A program made the position numbers and the translations under genes. A stretch of DNA of 64,000 bases from the human T2T-CHM13v2.0 reference genome, Homo sapiens. Location: the NCBI RefSeq assembly GCF_009914755.1, contig NC_060925.1. One strand, 5' to 3'. Shown one piece after another: positions 15,280 to 31,373 of this stretch. The notes under the pieces are model-generated. The model saw only the letters and a program-made list of their open reading frames with translations, had not been told where the DNA came from and did not search any database. Position 1 is the stretch's first letter; each line of letters starts with the position of its first letter.

Positions 15280-16450
15280 CACAATTTTAAATTCATTAAT
15301 CTGGTGTGTTCTAGTTTCAAATGCTGTTACAGAAAAGTTTGGTGCCCATTTTAGCTGTGATCCTTTGCATAAGACCTGTCCTTTAACTCTTGGAACTTTC
15401 ATGATCTAATATTTTGAATCCTCCCAAAATGTGACTTGGTTAAGTCTTTTGTTTAATTCATTATTCTGAACACCCACAGATTCCCTTCAATCTGCAGACT
15501 CATGTCCCTATTTTGGTGAATTTTCATTTGTACTGTATTAGTCCATTCCCACACTGCTAATAAAGACATATCCAAGACTCGTTATTTATAAAGGAAAAAA
15601 TTAATTGATTCACAGTTCAGCATGGCTGGGGAGGCCTCAGGAAACTTACAATCATGGCAGAAGGGGAAGCAAACACGTCCTTCTTCACATGGTGGCAGCA
15701 AGGAGAACTGCAGCGTGAAGGTGGGGAAAAGCCCCTTATAAAACCAACAGATCTCATGAAAACTCATTCACTAACACAAGAACAGAATGGAGGTAACTTC
15801 TCCCATGATTCAATTACCTCCCACCAAATCCCTGGTGGGAGGTAATTATGGGAACTACAGTTCGAGATGAGAATTGGGTGGGGATACAGCCAAACCATAT
15901 AGGTATTATTGCTTTGATGATTTCCTCCTCTCTAGTGTCTATTTTCTCTCATTCTGGAATCTCTATTATTTGGACATTGCCTTAATTGTTCCTAAAATGG
16001 CCATACCTTTATTTCTTACAATCCATGTGTTTGCCTATATCTTCTACCTTCTAGGAGTTTTCCTTGACTGTGGAAAGGAAAACTCTTGCTTTTGTTTAAA
16101 ATTGTTTTGCTACAGTATTTTTCATGTCCTATAGCTCTTACTTTAATATCCATTCCTTCTTCATAGCATTCTGCTCTTCTTTAATGGGTCCACTATCTTC
16201 TTATGTCTCTGAGTATATTAAGTGCAGTTTCTTCGAAGCTGTTTTTGCCTTCAACATTGCCTCTGCTCCTTCTCAGCTCCCTGTTTATCATTGGTTGCTT
16301 TTTCTCTTTTCATGTTAGAGGCTTTTCTCAAAAGTTTTAAGATGCTAAGCTATCTGTTCATATTTAAAGCTTGCTTTTAAGCTCTGTGTGAATGGCAGAT
16401 TGTTCTGACTGGTAGACTTCACTCTTTTAAGCATGATCCAAGCTTACTCT
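15280..16450 (-). mobile_element. Old L1M/HAL1-like sequence surrounding the THE1 LTR
   Basis: T-rich degenerate sequence resembling the L1 ORF1 region. Confidence 0.35.
15534..15901 (-). mobile_element. THE1C-like solo LTR (ERVL-MaLR)
   Basis: TGTATTAGTCC...GCCTCAGGAAACTTACAATCATGG...CAGCCAAACCATAT. Confidence 0.9.
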
Positions 16451-16737
16451 CTGGGATGGTTCAGTTTCTCTATCTAAGGATTCCTCAAATTCTTGATCCA
16501 GTTTACATGCCTGACTTCTGGGGAGGGGGAGGTGGTCCTGAACATCTAGTTGCTCTTAATGTAAACTTCCCAATTACCCCAAGCTTACGTCCCATCTCCA
16601 AACACACTTCTTCCTATAGTCCTGGTTCCTCACCTTCACAAGTCAAAAGAATTTCTATAAGAGAACAGATTAAAGTGTCCTTACATGAATTCTAAAGAAC
16701 AGCTTTCTTCTCACTGATAACTCCCTTTATAGGTACA

Positions 16738-16775
16738 TATGTGTGTATGTGTGTGTGTGTGCATGTGTGTGTGTA
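16738..16775. repeat. Imperfect (TG)n
   Basis: Read directly. Confidence 0.85.
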
Positions 16776-17684
16776 TTTGAAGTTTCTCTAACTTATTAAG
16801 TAATTTATCATTCATACATCTTTGCACCTTTGTATATTTAGATTCAGAATTATAGATAACTCCTAATTTAATAACAGATGAAATCAGTGTTTCTGCTTCC
16901 TGGTGGGGGCAGAAACTTTGCTAAATTGTCTTCTTATACCAGAAATCCATTAAATTCAATTTTAACAATGACATTCTTTTTAACAAGCAAGATTATAGAA
17001 AATATTGCCCTTCAGATATTCCAAATTAATAACAATACTGTATTCAACATGTTTTATATTGCCATATCCATGCTGGGTATTAAATTTTATTCTGAATATT
17101 AATCAAAGTAGTAGAGAATGAATATCATCTTGTTTGAATTTGCGTATTTAAGATCTAGAAATGGTATTGTCTCCTGGAAAAAAAGGTGCCTAAAAATTTA
17201 GAACAGAGCTGAAAACCGCTAATTCTGCTTTCCTAGTGAAACAGGGAAGACTTCATGAAAGACCTGATATTTCACCTATATCTTCAAAGATTTGTCTACT
17301 TTAAAAAAAGACATTTAAAGAGGGAATTATATATCACAAGAGAATGGAAGCAAAAAAGGCGACAAGCATGTTCATAGAATAGTGAGAGATTTGAGATATG
17401 GGAGAACAAAAAAAGATAACATATGAGAAAGAATTTTGAGAAAAGTCAAAAGTTTACATGAATTCAAAGACATTATTCAAAGGCATTATTTTTATTGATA
17501 TCGGTTGCATTTTCTTCCTGGAGTTTTACATCTTCTCAATGAATAATATATATACCTAATGGTCTAGTTTACAAAGAACCCACAAATCTTCTTCAAGAGA
17601 GCCCTAGAAGAGATTCAATTCCAATTTCATAAGAATTATTACTTGATAAAGAACTCATAAAACTGTCATAGTTGAGAATTAGGC

Positions 17685-18183
17685 TATAGCCAATGGTTGC
17701 TATTCATTGTGCAAATTCCCCTAAGCCCAGCTGTTTTCAGCACACGACTCGTGGGCAATTCCACGTGCATAGCCAGTGCCCATACCAGGAATGCCTGTCT
17801 GCTGTTCAAGGCCTTCTCCCTTGCCACAGGAGACCATGGAGCTGCAAGCTAGCTCAACACACAAAGGCAGGGGAATTAATACCCCAGGATAAATCCTTCA
17901 CAAGTGAGAGTCAGGAGTCTTGAGGAAAGCCCCAGCAATCCTGTCCTCTAAGGAGACAATGCTAAGGACTGTTCTGTACAGTTCCTCAGAGGCTCCATGG
18001 GGACTGAGCCTCTACTTCCTCACAGAAGCAATTGCATCATGGAGCACATAGCTGACTCCTCTTCCTTCTTTTTCTCATTTTCCTACCTCTCTCACTTCTG
18101 CTTCCTAAAATGTCCCCCTGAATAAACGATCTATACCCATTTCTTCTTCTTGGGCACTGGCTTTAGGAAAATCAAAATAGGAT
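17685..18183 (+). mobile_element. LTR16 (ERVL) solo LTR
   Basis: 'ggggaattaatacccc', 'gttctgtacagttcctcagagg', AATAAA and 'ggctttaggaaaatcaaaatag' 3' end typical of LTR16C. Confidence 0.7.
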
Positions 18184-18389
18184 GGATACTTAACAAATGA
18201 TGTGCCTCTACTATTTATCTGTTTCTATCAACCCAGTATAATTTACAGGCATCCAGCTTTTCCATTTCCTTATTAGAAAAAATGAAAAATAGTTTTCAGT
18301 TATGGCTGGTGTTTTTTAACTTGCTGGCACTGATTCTGTGTATTTTGGATGAAAACTTTATCCATGATACATAAAGGGAGGACACAAAA

Positions 18390-18540
18390 CTGAGAACCAG
18401 AAAATCCATATTTTAGTCCCAGGTTTTGTACTACCTAGAAGTGAGACTATATAGAAATCATTTTCTCTCTCTAAAACCTCAGCTTCTTGCTTTATTAAAA
18501 TGAAGGTGTTGATGTAAAAGATTATCCCAAGGCTTTGATT
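18390..18540 (+). mobile_element. MIR SINE
   Basis: 'tctctctaaaacctcagcttctt...taaaatgaagg' MIR core. Confidence 0.55.
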
Positions 18541-21142
18541 TCATTATTCCATGAAATTATAAAGAGGCAGGCCTGCTTTGGACAAAGCTGTCAGTTGGAC
18601 ATGTTTCCCGGTGGTCAACAGGACACAGTTGGGAGTCTTATGGGTACCTGCTGCCTTGCTTCCCCATGCTTGGAGCAACTTCTGACCAGTACTCAATCCA
18701 AATCTATCCCTTGCTTGGATAGTTCCTAATGCCTCAATAGCCCACAGCTTTAAATATACACACATTTAATGTATGTGAATAACAAGTTCTATCTGCTTCT
18801 AAAGAATATTACGAAGTAAACCATGTTAACAGGAAATTGACTAAGAAAGACAAGCCCACAAATTCCATGCTAGCCCTGCGTTCTTCCCACCTTCTTATAC
18901 AACCCTCTTAGGTAACACACATGAATGTAAGCGACCTTCTCTACACCAGTCACCTGACTTGTATTGTTCCTCAAGGGTGAGGAAGTGTCTAGACGAAAGG
19001 GAGGGGAGACCCAGTGGTAGGTGGAACTTTGTGCTCCACCTTTCACATAATAGGTTGCCAATTCAGCTGTACTGAGGACAGGCAATGAGAGAAGGCATTA
19101 AAAGGGAAAACTGAAATAGTTCCTTTGTTCTGACTGTAGAAATGCTGAAAGGAAATTCCTGTTTGCGGCAGGTGATTAAACACATTTTATTAGAGGCTGT
19201 TACACAGAGAGAGTTACTCACGCTGCATTCTTGCAATAAAATGGTTCATTTTCTCAGTTTTCTCATAATTTACTTTTCAAATAGTACTAACTAGATTTAT
19301 CAACGATTTGATAACTTCCAGACTGCCTGTCAGAGTCCATTTAGGACACTTTAACCTGTTCTTTTATGGCAATAAAGCTCAAACTTATCCACCAAATTCC
19401 TCCTAAGATAAAGGAGTATGAAATTGTATTTAAGGTATTGTGGTGGACGGGTAGCTGACTATGTAGCTCAAACTGCCTGAGGACAAGCATGAGATTTCTC
19501 CAAAGCTTTCTCCTTCATCTTAGAAGCGCTCATGAATTTGCTTTCTACTCAAAAATAATAAAATTCAACTTACATTAATTTTAAAATTTTATATGAAATT
19601 ATTTGCTAATTTCATCAAAAAGTTTAAGGAAGAATAGCATGATTTCGATTTTATGCTATATTCTTGTGCTTTTCATCTATTTGCAGGGTAAAAGAGAAAT
19701 CTCTCTTTTCCCTCCACACCTCTGAACTCTTCCTATATCATGTATTCAACCTGGAAGGTAGACTTCCCCTGTTAATTATGAAGCATAATTTCTGTGCATC
19801 TGAATTCCTATACCATGTCTAAATGTGAAATTCAGTGTCAATTTCATTATCCTTGCCAGTGAAACATAAGTATCAAAATTGTCTATCAAGTGAAACTGGA
19901 AAAAAGGCAATATTATGGCATTTGTATCTTCAGACTTCATTATTCCTAATGTTTCCCATTATAGCCTGTACCAGCTGGACAAACCTAGAAATTATTTTTT
20001 GCTGCTGGCATCTTATCTTTGATGATATGTAGGGTAGGGTTCAAAGCGAACACCACACACAACAGAAACATTGATTTTGTTCCCTGTATTCCTTTACTTC
20101 CTTTTACCCCACAGACTCCTTTAACTTGCATTTCCTCCCTTTTATTTGACAAACCCACCACTGCCCTCCTCAGAGCACATTTTTGTAACTTTGTTTCTAT
20201 CCCACATTTTCCTGTATGGCAGATACCATTGTTTTGTAATATGATAAAAACATAAAAAGTTTTTCCTCCTCATTTAACCACTCTCTATGAGTTTTGTATT
20301 TCAGAAATCATTTCTTTTCCTTGCTTAATCAATTACTACTCTGCTTTCCATAAATTCAGTAAGCTTGATAGCAAAAATCTGCCAAATGCTTTGACTATCA
20401 CAGAAAGAAACCCCTATATAAATGTCTGCTATGATTTCTATTACAACATGAAGACACTTTAGGGTATGTTTTATTGGTCCATTAATAAATGACTGGAGAG
20501 GTAAAGATATCTGGCTAGAAGCCCCATTTTTTTACAAGCACAAAAGATGTGGCTTAATGAAGCAATTAAAAATTCTTTCATATACCAGGGCTGTAATAAT
20601 ATTGGGAAAAAGTAAATGAACTACTAAAATGAAGAGACAACTGTAAATATAGAAAAAGACCAAGAAGCTTTAACTTCCATAAAAATAATGAGAAACGTAG
20701 GACAGAATTTCAAACAGTTGTCATTTTACAGAGCACCAGAACTGATAAATTTAAATATTTTCTCATCAAAATAGATATCTTGTTTTACAGAGGTGAAGGA
20801 AATATAAAACGGAGAAATTGTCCACAAAAGAGTCAGACAATAGGACAGTATTATGTAACATCAGGGAATAACATTCAAAATAATTTTAATTGTAAGGAAT
20901 ATTAGGAATTATCTAATTATGAAATACTGATGTGATAAGACTATTTTGAAGATGTGAATGGCCTTACAAGTTTGTGAAATAAAGTGCAAATGCTGAGAGT
21001 ACCATCAACGCAGGGCACAGTCTTGGTTATCTTAGTATCCCTGGCACAATGCACAGATGTACTGTGTTGTACTTGTTCAATCATTCGTAATAAACTAACA
21101 GTGATGTACCAATAATTGGCAATAACAGTAATAAAAATAATT

Positions 21143-21503
<361 letters not shown>

Positions 21504-22689
21504 ATGGAAAGAATGGGTTTATCAGGAAACTCCTTGACAAAGCCAAGTTGAAGGATAAAGTTCAGTGGTAGATTTCACTACGCTGATAACAACAAAATAT
21601 ACCTCTAAAACTCTTACCTTCTTTGCATTTCCACCTTTCCTGCCCAGTGTGTGTCTCATGCTTATACCACACAGCCCAGAGCATTCAATACCATGGTCTA
21701 ACTTCTTATCTCCTAGATCCTGGGAGCTTAGGGTAGCTACAAATAAAAATCTTATGGTGGTACAACTTAGCTGAGACCTCAGAACAATCTGTAAAAATGT
21801 AACTTCACTTTTTTCAAATTCTTTCATCTCTCATGATTTTCCTAAAGCTCCCTATTCTTTACTGTTCTCAGTGCACTCACTATACAAACAAATCCTCTAC
21901 ACTATCAGTGAATATTTGTCCCCGACTTTGTATGAGTTCTGCTTAGCCATTAGGCATGACCTCTTCCCACATTCACCCTGCCAAAGACAAATTGTGTATA
22001 TAAGCATGTAAAGCTAAACCTTGGCATAACATTAGTCCTAGAAAATCTTTGTATTCAAAAGAAACCCAATTTTTACCGCAAAAGCATTGAAGAAGAATGA
22101 GACTCAATACTGAATTTTATAGAGGAAATATTAACAGAATTCAACAAATAGCAAGGCTTCCAAAAACTTATCCAAATTCCCACTTATCATTACGTCTACT
22201 GTCCCCAAACTGCTTTTGTCTGGTTCTCTAAAAAAATTTTAGTCTGTAGTTTCCTCCTGTGGACGCATTAAGACTATCTGTCTTAGAGGAGCACCATGCC
22301 TTAAACTATGTAACTCAATTTCTCTGGCAGAGAGCTCTTCCAACCTGCAACAAAGTTTCTCCCAGGTGAGCCAGGGAGTAAACAAAGGCAGTACTTGAAT
22401 GGAATGAGAATAGCGAGATGTTATGTCGCTTACTTCGTGTGAGTTCTGCTCGGCCATTTATGTTTCTATATCCACGCTTATCTTTGCCTTCTCTCCTCTG
22501 GTTGTGAAGGACAATTATGCGAGCTCCATTTAACCAATTGCACTGTCTATTCCTTTGACCACATGCCCTTCTTCTCTAAGGAATTCTCTATCAGGACTTC
22601 TTTATTCTACCCCAGAATATTCTGGATACAGTGATAGAAGGGAGAAATCCTGAGAGAGATATATATATATGTCATATATATGTATGTGA

Positions 22690-23318
22690 CAAATAGGCAC
22701 ATGAAAATATGCTCAACATCAATAGTTATTACAAAATGCAAATTAAAACCACCATCAAATTTTATTGCACACTCATTAGAGTGGCTAAAACTAAAATGAC
22801 TGACCACAATAAGTATTGGGGAAGATGTGGAGGAACTAGAACTCTTATCTACTGCTGGTGGGAATATAAAGTGGAACATTTCGGCAGCTTCTTAAAAAGT
22901 TTAACATACACTTTTTGTATGATCAAGTCATTCTGTACTTAGGTAATTAGACCAGATAAATAAATGTGTATGTATCCATAAGAAGATTCATACAGGAGCA
23001 TTCATAGAGTCTTTACATATGATAGTCCAAACTCAAATGTTCATCAACAGGTAATCAGATAAACAAACTATGCTACTCAGTACTACAAAAAGAAATTAAC
23101 CATAAGCACATGCTATAGTATTTGTAGATAAATCCCCAAATACCATGCTGAATAAAAGAAACCATACCAAAAAGGACTGCATACTGTGTAATTCCATTCA
23201 TATAAATTTTCTAGAAATGAAAACTAGTCTCTCGTGATAGAAAACAAGTCAGTTGTTGCCTGGGGGTATCAGACAAGAAGAAGAAGGGAAGAATTACAAA
23301 AGGCCAGGAGGAAATTTT
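22690..23318 (+). mobile_element. L1ME/L1MD 3' region
   Basis: 'aaatgcaaattaaaaccacc', 'ctgctggtgggaatataaa', 'tgttcatcaacagg' L1 ORF2 end/3'UTR motifs. Confidence 0.75.
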
Positions 23319-24065
23319 TTTTAATTTTTATTTTAAGTTCAGGGGTACAGGTACAGGTTTGTTATACAGGTGAAGTTGTGTCATGGGGGTTTGTGGTACA
23401 GATTATTTTATCACCCAGGTTTTAAGTCTAATACTCATTAGTTATTTTCCCTAATCCTCTCCTTCCTCCCACCCTTTACCCCAGAGTAGGCCCCAGTGTG
23501 TGTTGTTCCACTCTATGTATCCATGTTCACATAATTTAGCTCCCACTTGTAAGTAAGAATATGTGGTATTTGGTTTTCTGTTGCAGCAGTAGTTTGCTAA
23601 TGATAATGGCCTCCAGCTCCATCCATGTTCCTTCAAAGAACAGGATGTCATTATTTTTTATGGCTGCATAGTATTCCATGGTGTATATGAACCACATTTT
23701 CTTAATCCAGTCTATTATTAATGGACATTTGGGTTGGTTCTAAGTCTTTGGTATTGTGAATAGTGCTGCAATAAACATACGTGTGCATATGTCTTTATGA
23801 AAAAACAATTTATATTCCTTTGGGTCATGGGATTGCTGGGTCAAATGATATTTCTGTTTTTAGGTCTTTGAGGAATTGCCACACTGTCTCCCACAATGGT
23901 TGAACTAATTTACATTCCACCAACAGTGTATAAGCTTTCCTTTTTTTCCACAACCTTTCCCACATCTGTTATTTTTTGCCTTTTAAATAATAGCCATTCT
24001 GACTGGTGTGAGATGGTAACTTATTGTGGTTTTGGTTTGCATTTCTCTAATGATCAGTGATGAAC
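23314..24065 (-). mobile_element. Older L1PA (PA13-16-like) 3' end
   Basis: 'ttaagttcaggggtac...ctccagctccatccatgt...tagccattctgactggtgtgagatgg'. Confidence 0.88.
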
Positions 24066-24097
24066 TTTATTTTATTTTATTTTCTTATACTTTTTTT

Positions 24098-24385
24098 TCA
24101 TTCTCAGCAAACTAACACAAGAACAGAAAACCAAACACTGCATGTTCTCACTCATAAGTGGGAGTTGAACAATGAGAACACACGGACACAGAGAGGGGAA
24201 CATCACACACTAGGGCCTGCCGGGAGGTGGGGGGCTAGGGGAGGGATAGCATTAGGAGAAATGCTTAATGTAGATGATGGGTTGATGGGTGCAGCAAACC
24301 ACCATGGCACATTTATACCTATGTAACAAACCTGCACGTTCTGCACATGTACCCCAGAACTTGAAGTATAATTTAAAAACAAAAG
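24098..24385 (+). mobile_element. L1PA7/8-like 3' end
   Basis: 'ctcagcaaactaacac...ggagggatagcattaggaga...ctgcacatgtaccccagaactt' with A-rich tail. Confidence 0.9.
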
Positions 24386-25354
24386 AAATCAGAAATAAAA
24401 TACATTCTGATAATTAGGGAGAGACTGACAATATAATGAGATTGTGGTAGGGTGTACCATGCAAAGGCAACTGAGCTGGTTATAGAATTTTAGGATGGAT
24501 ACAGGAAATAAAAGAGAAAGAGAGACACAGAGAGAGACTGAGAAATAAACAGTTAGTCAATGGTAAAAACGTAATGCCTAAATCTCCTTTAGAACAACTT
24601 AAAAGTATATCAAACTTGAAGTTAAAGAAAAAACTTAAGTCAATAAAAAAGAATGATGTTAGGTGACTTCTAATGCCAACAGAGTTTGTGAATCTCTAAG
24701 CAATATGCTTAAACTGAGCTCAGGGAGTCCAGAGATAAGGGACTGATTTCATGTGTTTGGGTACTTTGCTTTATCTTTGGTTTAAAGGAGTATAATTTTG
24801 GCATGCATTTAAAGTAGACAAAATATATGTAGCCATGTAAGCTTACAAAATAATACATTTGTTAAAAAGCATGCCATGCCCTTTGCTTGGCAAAAGGCAC
24901 GAATACAGGCCTAAAAATCAGCTAATAATGACTTAAAATTCAGGTCATTAATATCAGTAAAAACTCCACAACTCCGGGAGTCTTGAAAATTCTTTTACTC
25001 TTTCTCAATCAATTTGTATTCTTACTTGTTTACTATGACTATTTCAATGACTTCAATGTTTTATTATAGGATGAGGTTTTGACTAAGCTTTGAGAGTATG
25101 TAAATGAATAAAACTTATTTCATAACTACATTTTAGAAGATAAAAAAGAACTATTAGTACCTACTATTCCCATATGTTTTTCAGCTAAATTTAACCCAGT
25201 CTTAGATGAGGCTTACTTAGGACAGTATAGCTATGTGTGTATAGCAATGTAATCAGTTACAGAGATAAATCTATTTTACAAATAGAGTGATACTAGCAGT
25301 TATGTGGACTGCAGCAGAATTACAAAAGGATGAGTAAAATTATGTGTCAGAGGC

Positions 25355-25652
<298 letters not shown>

Positions 25653-25761
25653 ATGTGTCAGAGGCTATTTTATAGCTAGAAGGTAATGTTTCCAAATATG
25701 TTATACATTAATCCTAACAGCAATGAGAAAGAAAAAATATAGCAGAGACAGTGTTGGTTTG

Positions 25762-25889
25762 CTTTTTTTAAGAGAGAGGGGGGTATCACTATGTTGTCCA
25801 GGCTGGACTCAAACTCTCGAACTCAAGCAATCCTCCCACCTCTGCCTCCACAGTGACTGAGACTACAGGCATGCACCACCACTCCAGGA
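25762..25889 (-). mobile_element. FLAM (free left Alu monomer)
   Basis: Single diverged ~130-bp monomer. Confidence 0.75.
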
Positions 25890-25899
25890 CTGCTAATGT

Positions 25900-26340
25900 T
25901 TTCATCCAATATCCATTTTCTCTGTCTTTCATACTTATAAAGCTTCGATTCTATTCTGAGCAAAGGGCTACATTTCATAGCCTCCTTTGCAAATAGATTT
26001 GTCAATGTGATGTAAGGGGGCATCTTTTAACGTTGACATGAACCATCCCAGGCTAGAGATAAGCCCTTTTACCTTTCCTTCTTACCATGTCCTTCTTTTT
26101 CTTGCCTCAAACACAGACATGATTACAGGAACTATGGCAGGCATTACAGGCCCTAAGGAGAACTTGAAACCTACAGGATTACAGATGCCAAAGCAGAAAG
26201 CTAGAAGGAACATGCCTTCCTGATGACTGTGGTGTTAGTATACTTCTAGATCTTCTTTTATGAGTAGGATATAAAGCCTCTAACTTATTTGAGATTAATA
26301 TTGAGGCTTTGTTTTATATATGGTAAATTTAATCCCGAAA
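25900..26340 (+). mobile_element. Old MLT1 LTR
   Basis: 'ctacatttcatagcctcctttgca', 'gcagaaagctagaaggaac...ctgatgac' MLT1 motifs. Confidence 0.5.
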
Positions 26341-27009
26341 GCACACATACAGGAATAGAATAGTAAGCTCAGGTTAAGAGTCAAGAAATGGGCCTAACAA
26401 GAGTAGGAGGTAAGACATTAGCATTGTCACTTACAAGTATGGTCACAAAGGCATTTTCAGCCTTTCTTATGCAATTATAACCTTTAATTTAACATGGTCT
26501 TGGACTTGTTGAATATATGGCCTTCAAACATATAATTCTACTATTGACTTCCTTAATGGAATCAAATCAATTATTCAAAGGAGAACAACTAAAATTTTTT
26601 TTTGTAAAAAATCAAAGATTGGACTGCTCTCAATGCAACCTGGATTCAGGGACTAAGATCTCAGAGAAGAGAAAAGCACATTCAGGTAAGATTGACATGG
26701 TGCACTCTACCTTTCCCTTTGAGACATTTGTTTCCCTGAGCCGAGTGGATTAATATCAAGTAGAATGCAAGGAGTAAAAGATTAGGTTACAGAGGTCACT
26801 TTTCAGAAATCTTTTTGATGGAAAAACCAGAACTGAGTTTCAGGGCAGGCCAAGTAAGAGGGTCCCTTGCAACCACCCCAGAGATTCAGTTGGAGCCTCT
26901 TAGGAATAAAAACCTGGAAACAGTACAACTCTCCCCAAGACTGAAAAAACTGAGTTCAAAATCAACTCAAGCCAGACTAGATTAAGGTAATCTACATCAA
27001 GGTGAACTC

Positions 27010-27255
27010 AATGCCTTTTTGAGAAATTAAAGAAGATTTAAATTAACAAAGGGATAAACTATATTCATGGATTGCAAGAATCAATAATGTGAAGATATTT
27101 GTTATTCCCAAACTGATCTGTAGACTGAATGTGATCCCAATCAACATCTCAGTGGATTTTTTGTGAAAAGCAACAACTACTTGCAAAATTCATATGGAAA
27201 TGTTAAAAATTAAGAATAGGCAAGATGACCTAGACAAAGAATAAATCTGGAGTAG
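27010..27255 (+). mobile_element. L1M ORF2 fragment
   Basis: 'ttcatggattg..agaatcaata', 'cccaaactgatctgtagactgaatg', 'aaaattcatatggaa'. Confidence 0.7.
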
Positions 27256-27339
27256 TAGAGATATGGTAATGAGAAAAGCAATTACATACCTGCACCTACA
27301 GGGCTACTGTCTATGGGAACACCAGAATTTGAGCATAAG

Positions 27340-27810
27340 GTTTTTTTTCGAAAGAAATAATATAGGGCATCTAGGAAACTCAACCTAGTCTAGAGAGCTT
27401 CCCCTAGAAAGTGACCTCTAAGCTGAGACCTCAAGGACGAACAATAGCAAGCTAGGTGAGTAGGAGTATCAAGAGTATTCTAAGAGGGGGAAGAGTTGGT
27501 AAGAATTCTTAGAGAAAGAGAAGGTTTATCAGGTAGCGAGGGCAGTGGGAGTTGACATGAGGATTGCATTAGGATGAATACGGATAAATGTGTAGGGGCT
27601 AAAACTTGGAAGGCATTTAGAGGGCATATTAAGGAATTTGTTTTAAAGGTTATTTTCTCCCAGGGAATAGAAAGATAAGAGTTGCATTACCAAAGGCTTC
27701 AAAATATTATTCTATATGTACCGGAAAGGATGAAGTGTGGAATTTGGGAGAGTAGCAAGGTAGATCTTCTCACTAAAGTCCAGGAAAGAAGTGTCATTGG
27801 TTTAAAACAT
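27340..27810 (-). mobile_element. L2 fragment
   Basis: 'gagagcttcccctagaaagtgacctctaagctgagacc' L2 motif. Confidence 0.5.
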
Positions 27811-27818
27811 TGTAGTAG

Positions 27819-28143
<325 letters not shown>

Positions 28144-28337
28144 ATGTAGAAGTAGAAGTAGAGAAGAGCGGATGCAATTGAGGAATTAATCCAATGACCG
28201 ACTAAGGAGGCAGGAGGCAGTGCACTAGGCAAATAAAATGCTCGTGCCAGACGATATACAGTGCTAATAAATGTTGCTATGTATTTATTAAATTTTTGGG
28301 GAGAGGATTATTGATTTATAAAATTTTGGAATACTAG

Positions 28338-28445
28338 AGAAGAAGGAAAGGAAGGAAAGAAAAGAAGGAAAGGAAGGAAAGAAAAGAAGGGAAGGAAGAA
28401 AGGAAGAAAGATAAGAATGATGGAGGGAGGGAGGGAGAAAGAAAA
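28338..28445. repeat. GA-rich (GGAA/GAAA) low-complexity repeat
   Basis: Read directly. Confidence 0.85.
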
Positions 28446-28989
28446 TTCAGAACCCCAAAATGTCTGTCAGTGAAAATAAAAAAAGAGAGAGAGAGAAAAG
28501 AAGAAGATGAGGAGGAAAGAAAACTCTAAAACTGAAAACCAAAAGAAAGTTTTATATAAATAGAGACTGAAACAGTAATAGAAGTTTATGTTGTAGGTCA
28601 AAATGCAGTCTCCCGCTGTCTAGGAAAGCCTGTAGGTCATTTTTGCACAATCCACATGGTAAATGGCTCTGGGAGCATCAGCCAACATAGTTAATGATAT
28701 GTAATTAAGTCTTAATTCCAAGCATTAATAATTCAACAGATAATCAAGAAAATATATATAAACTTTTTAAATTAATTATGTAGCATTTTATCAGTACATT
28801 CAATTTCTAAATTATGTATTTCTTCCTTTGGCAACTGTTAAAATTATTTTGTGTTCGTGGGCACATGTTCTCCAGAACACACAAACTAGGTAGGATGGTA
28901 AGCAGGAAATTCTTGAGTTGAAATTGTACCACAGATAATACAAAGTAAATGCAATACATGTTTTAAAAATTTATATAATATAAAACAAT

Positions 28990-31373
<2,384 letters not shown>

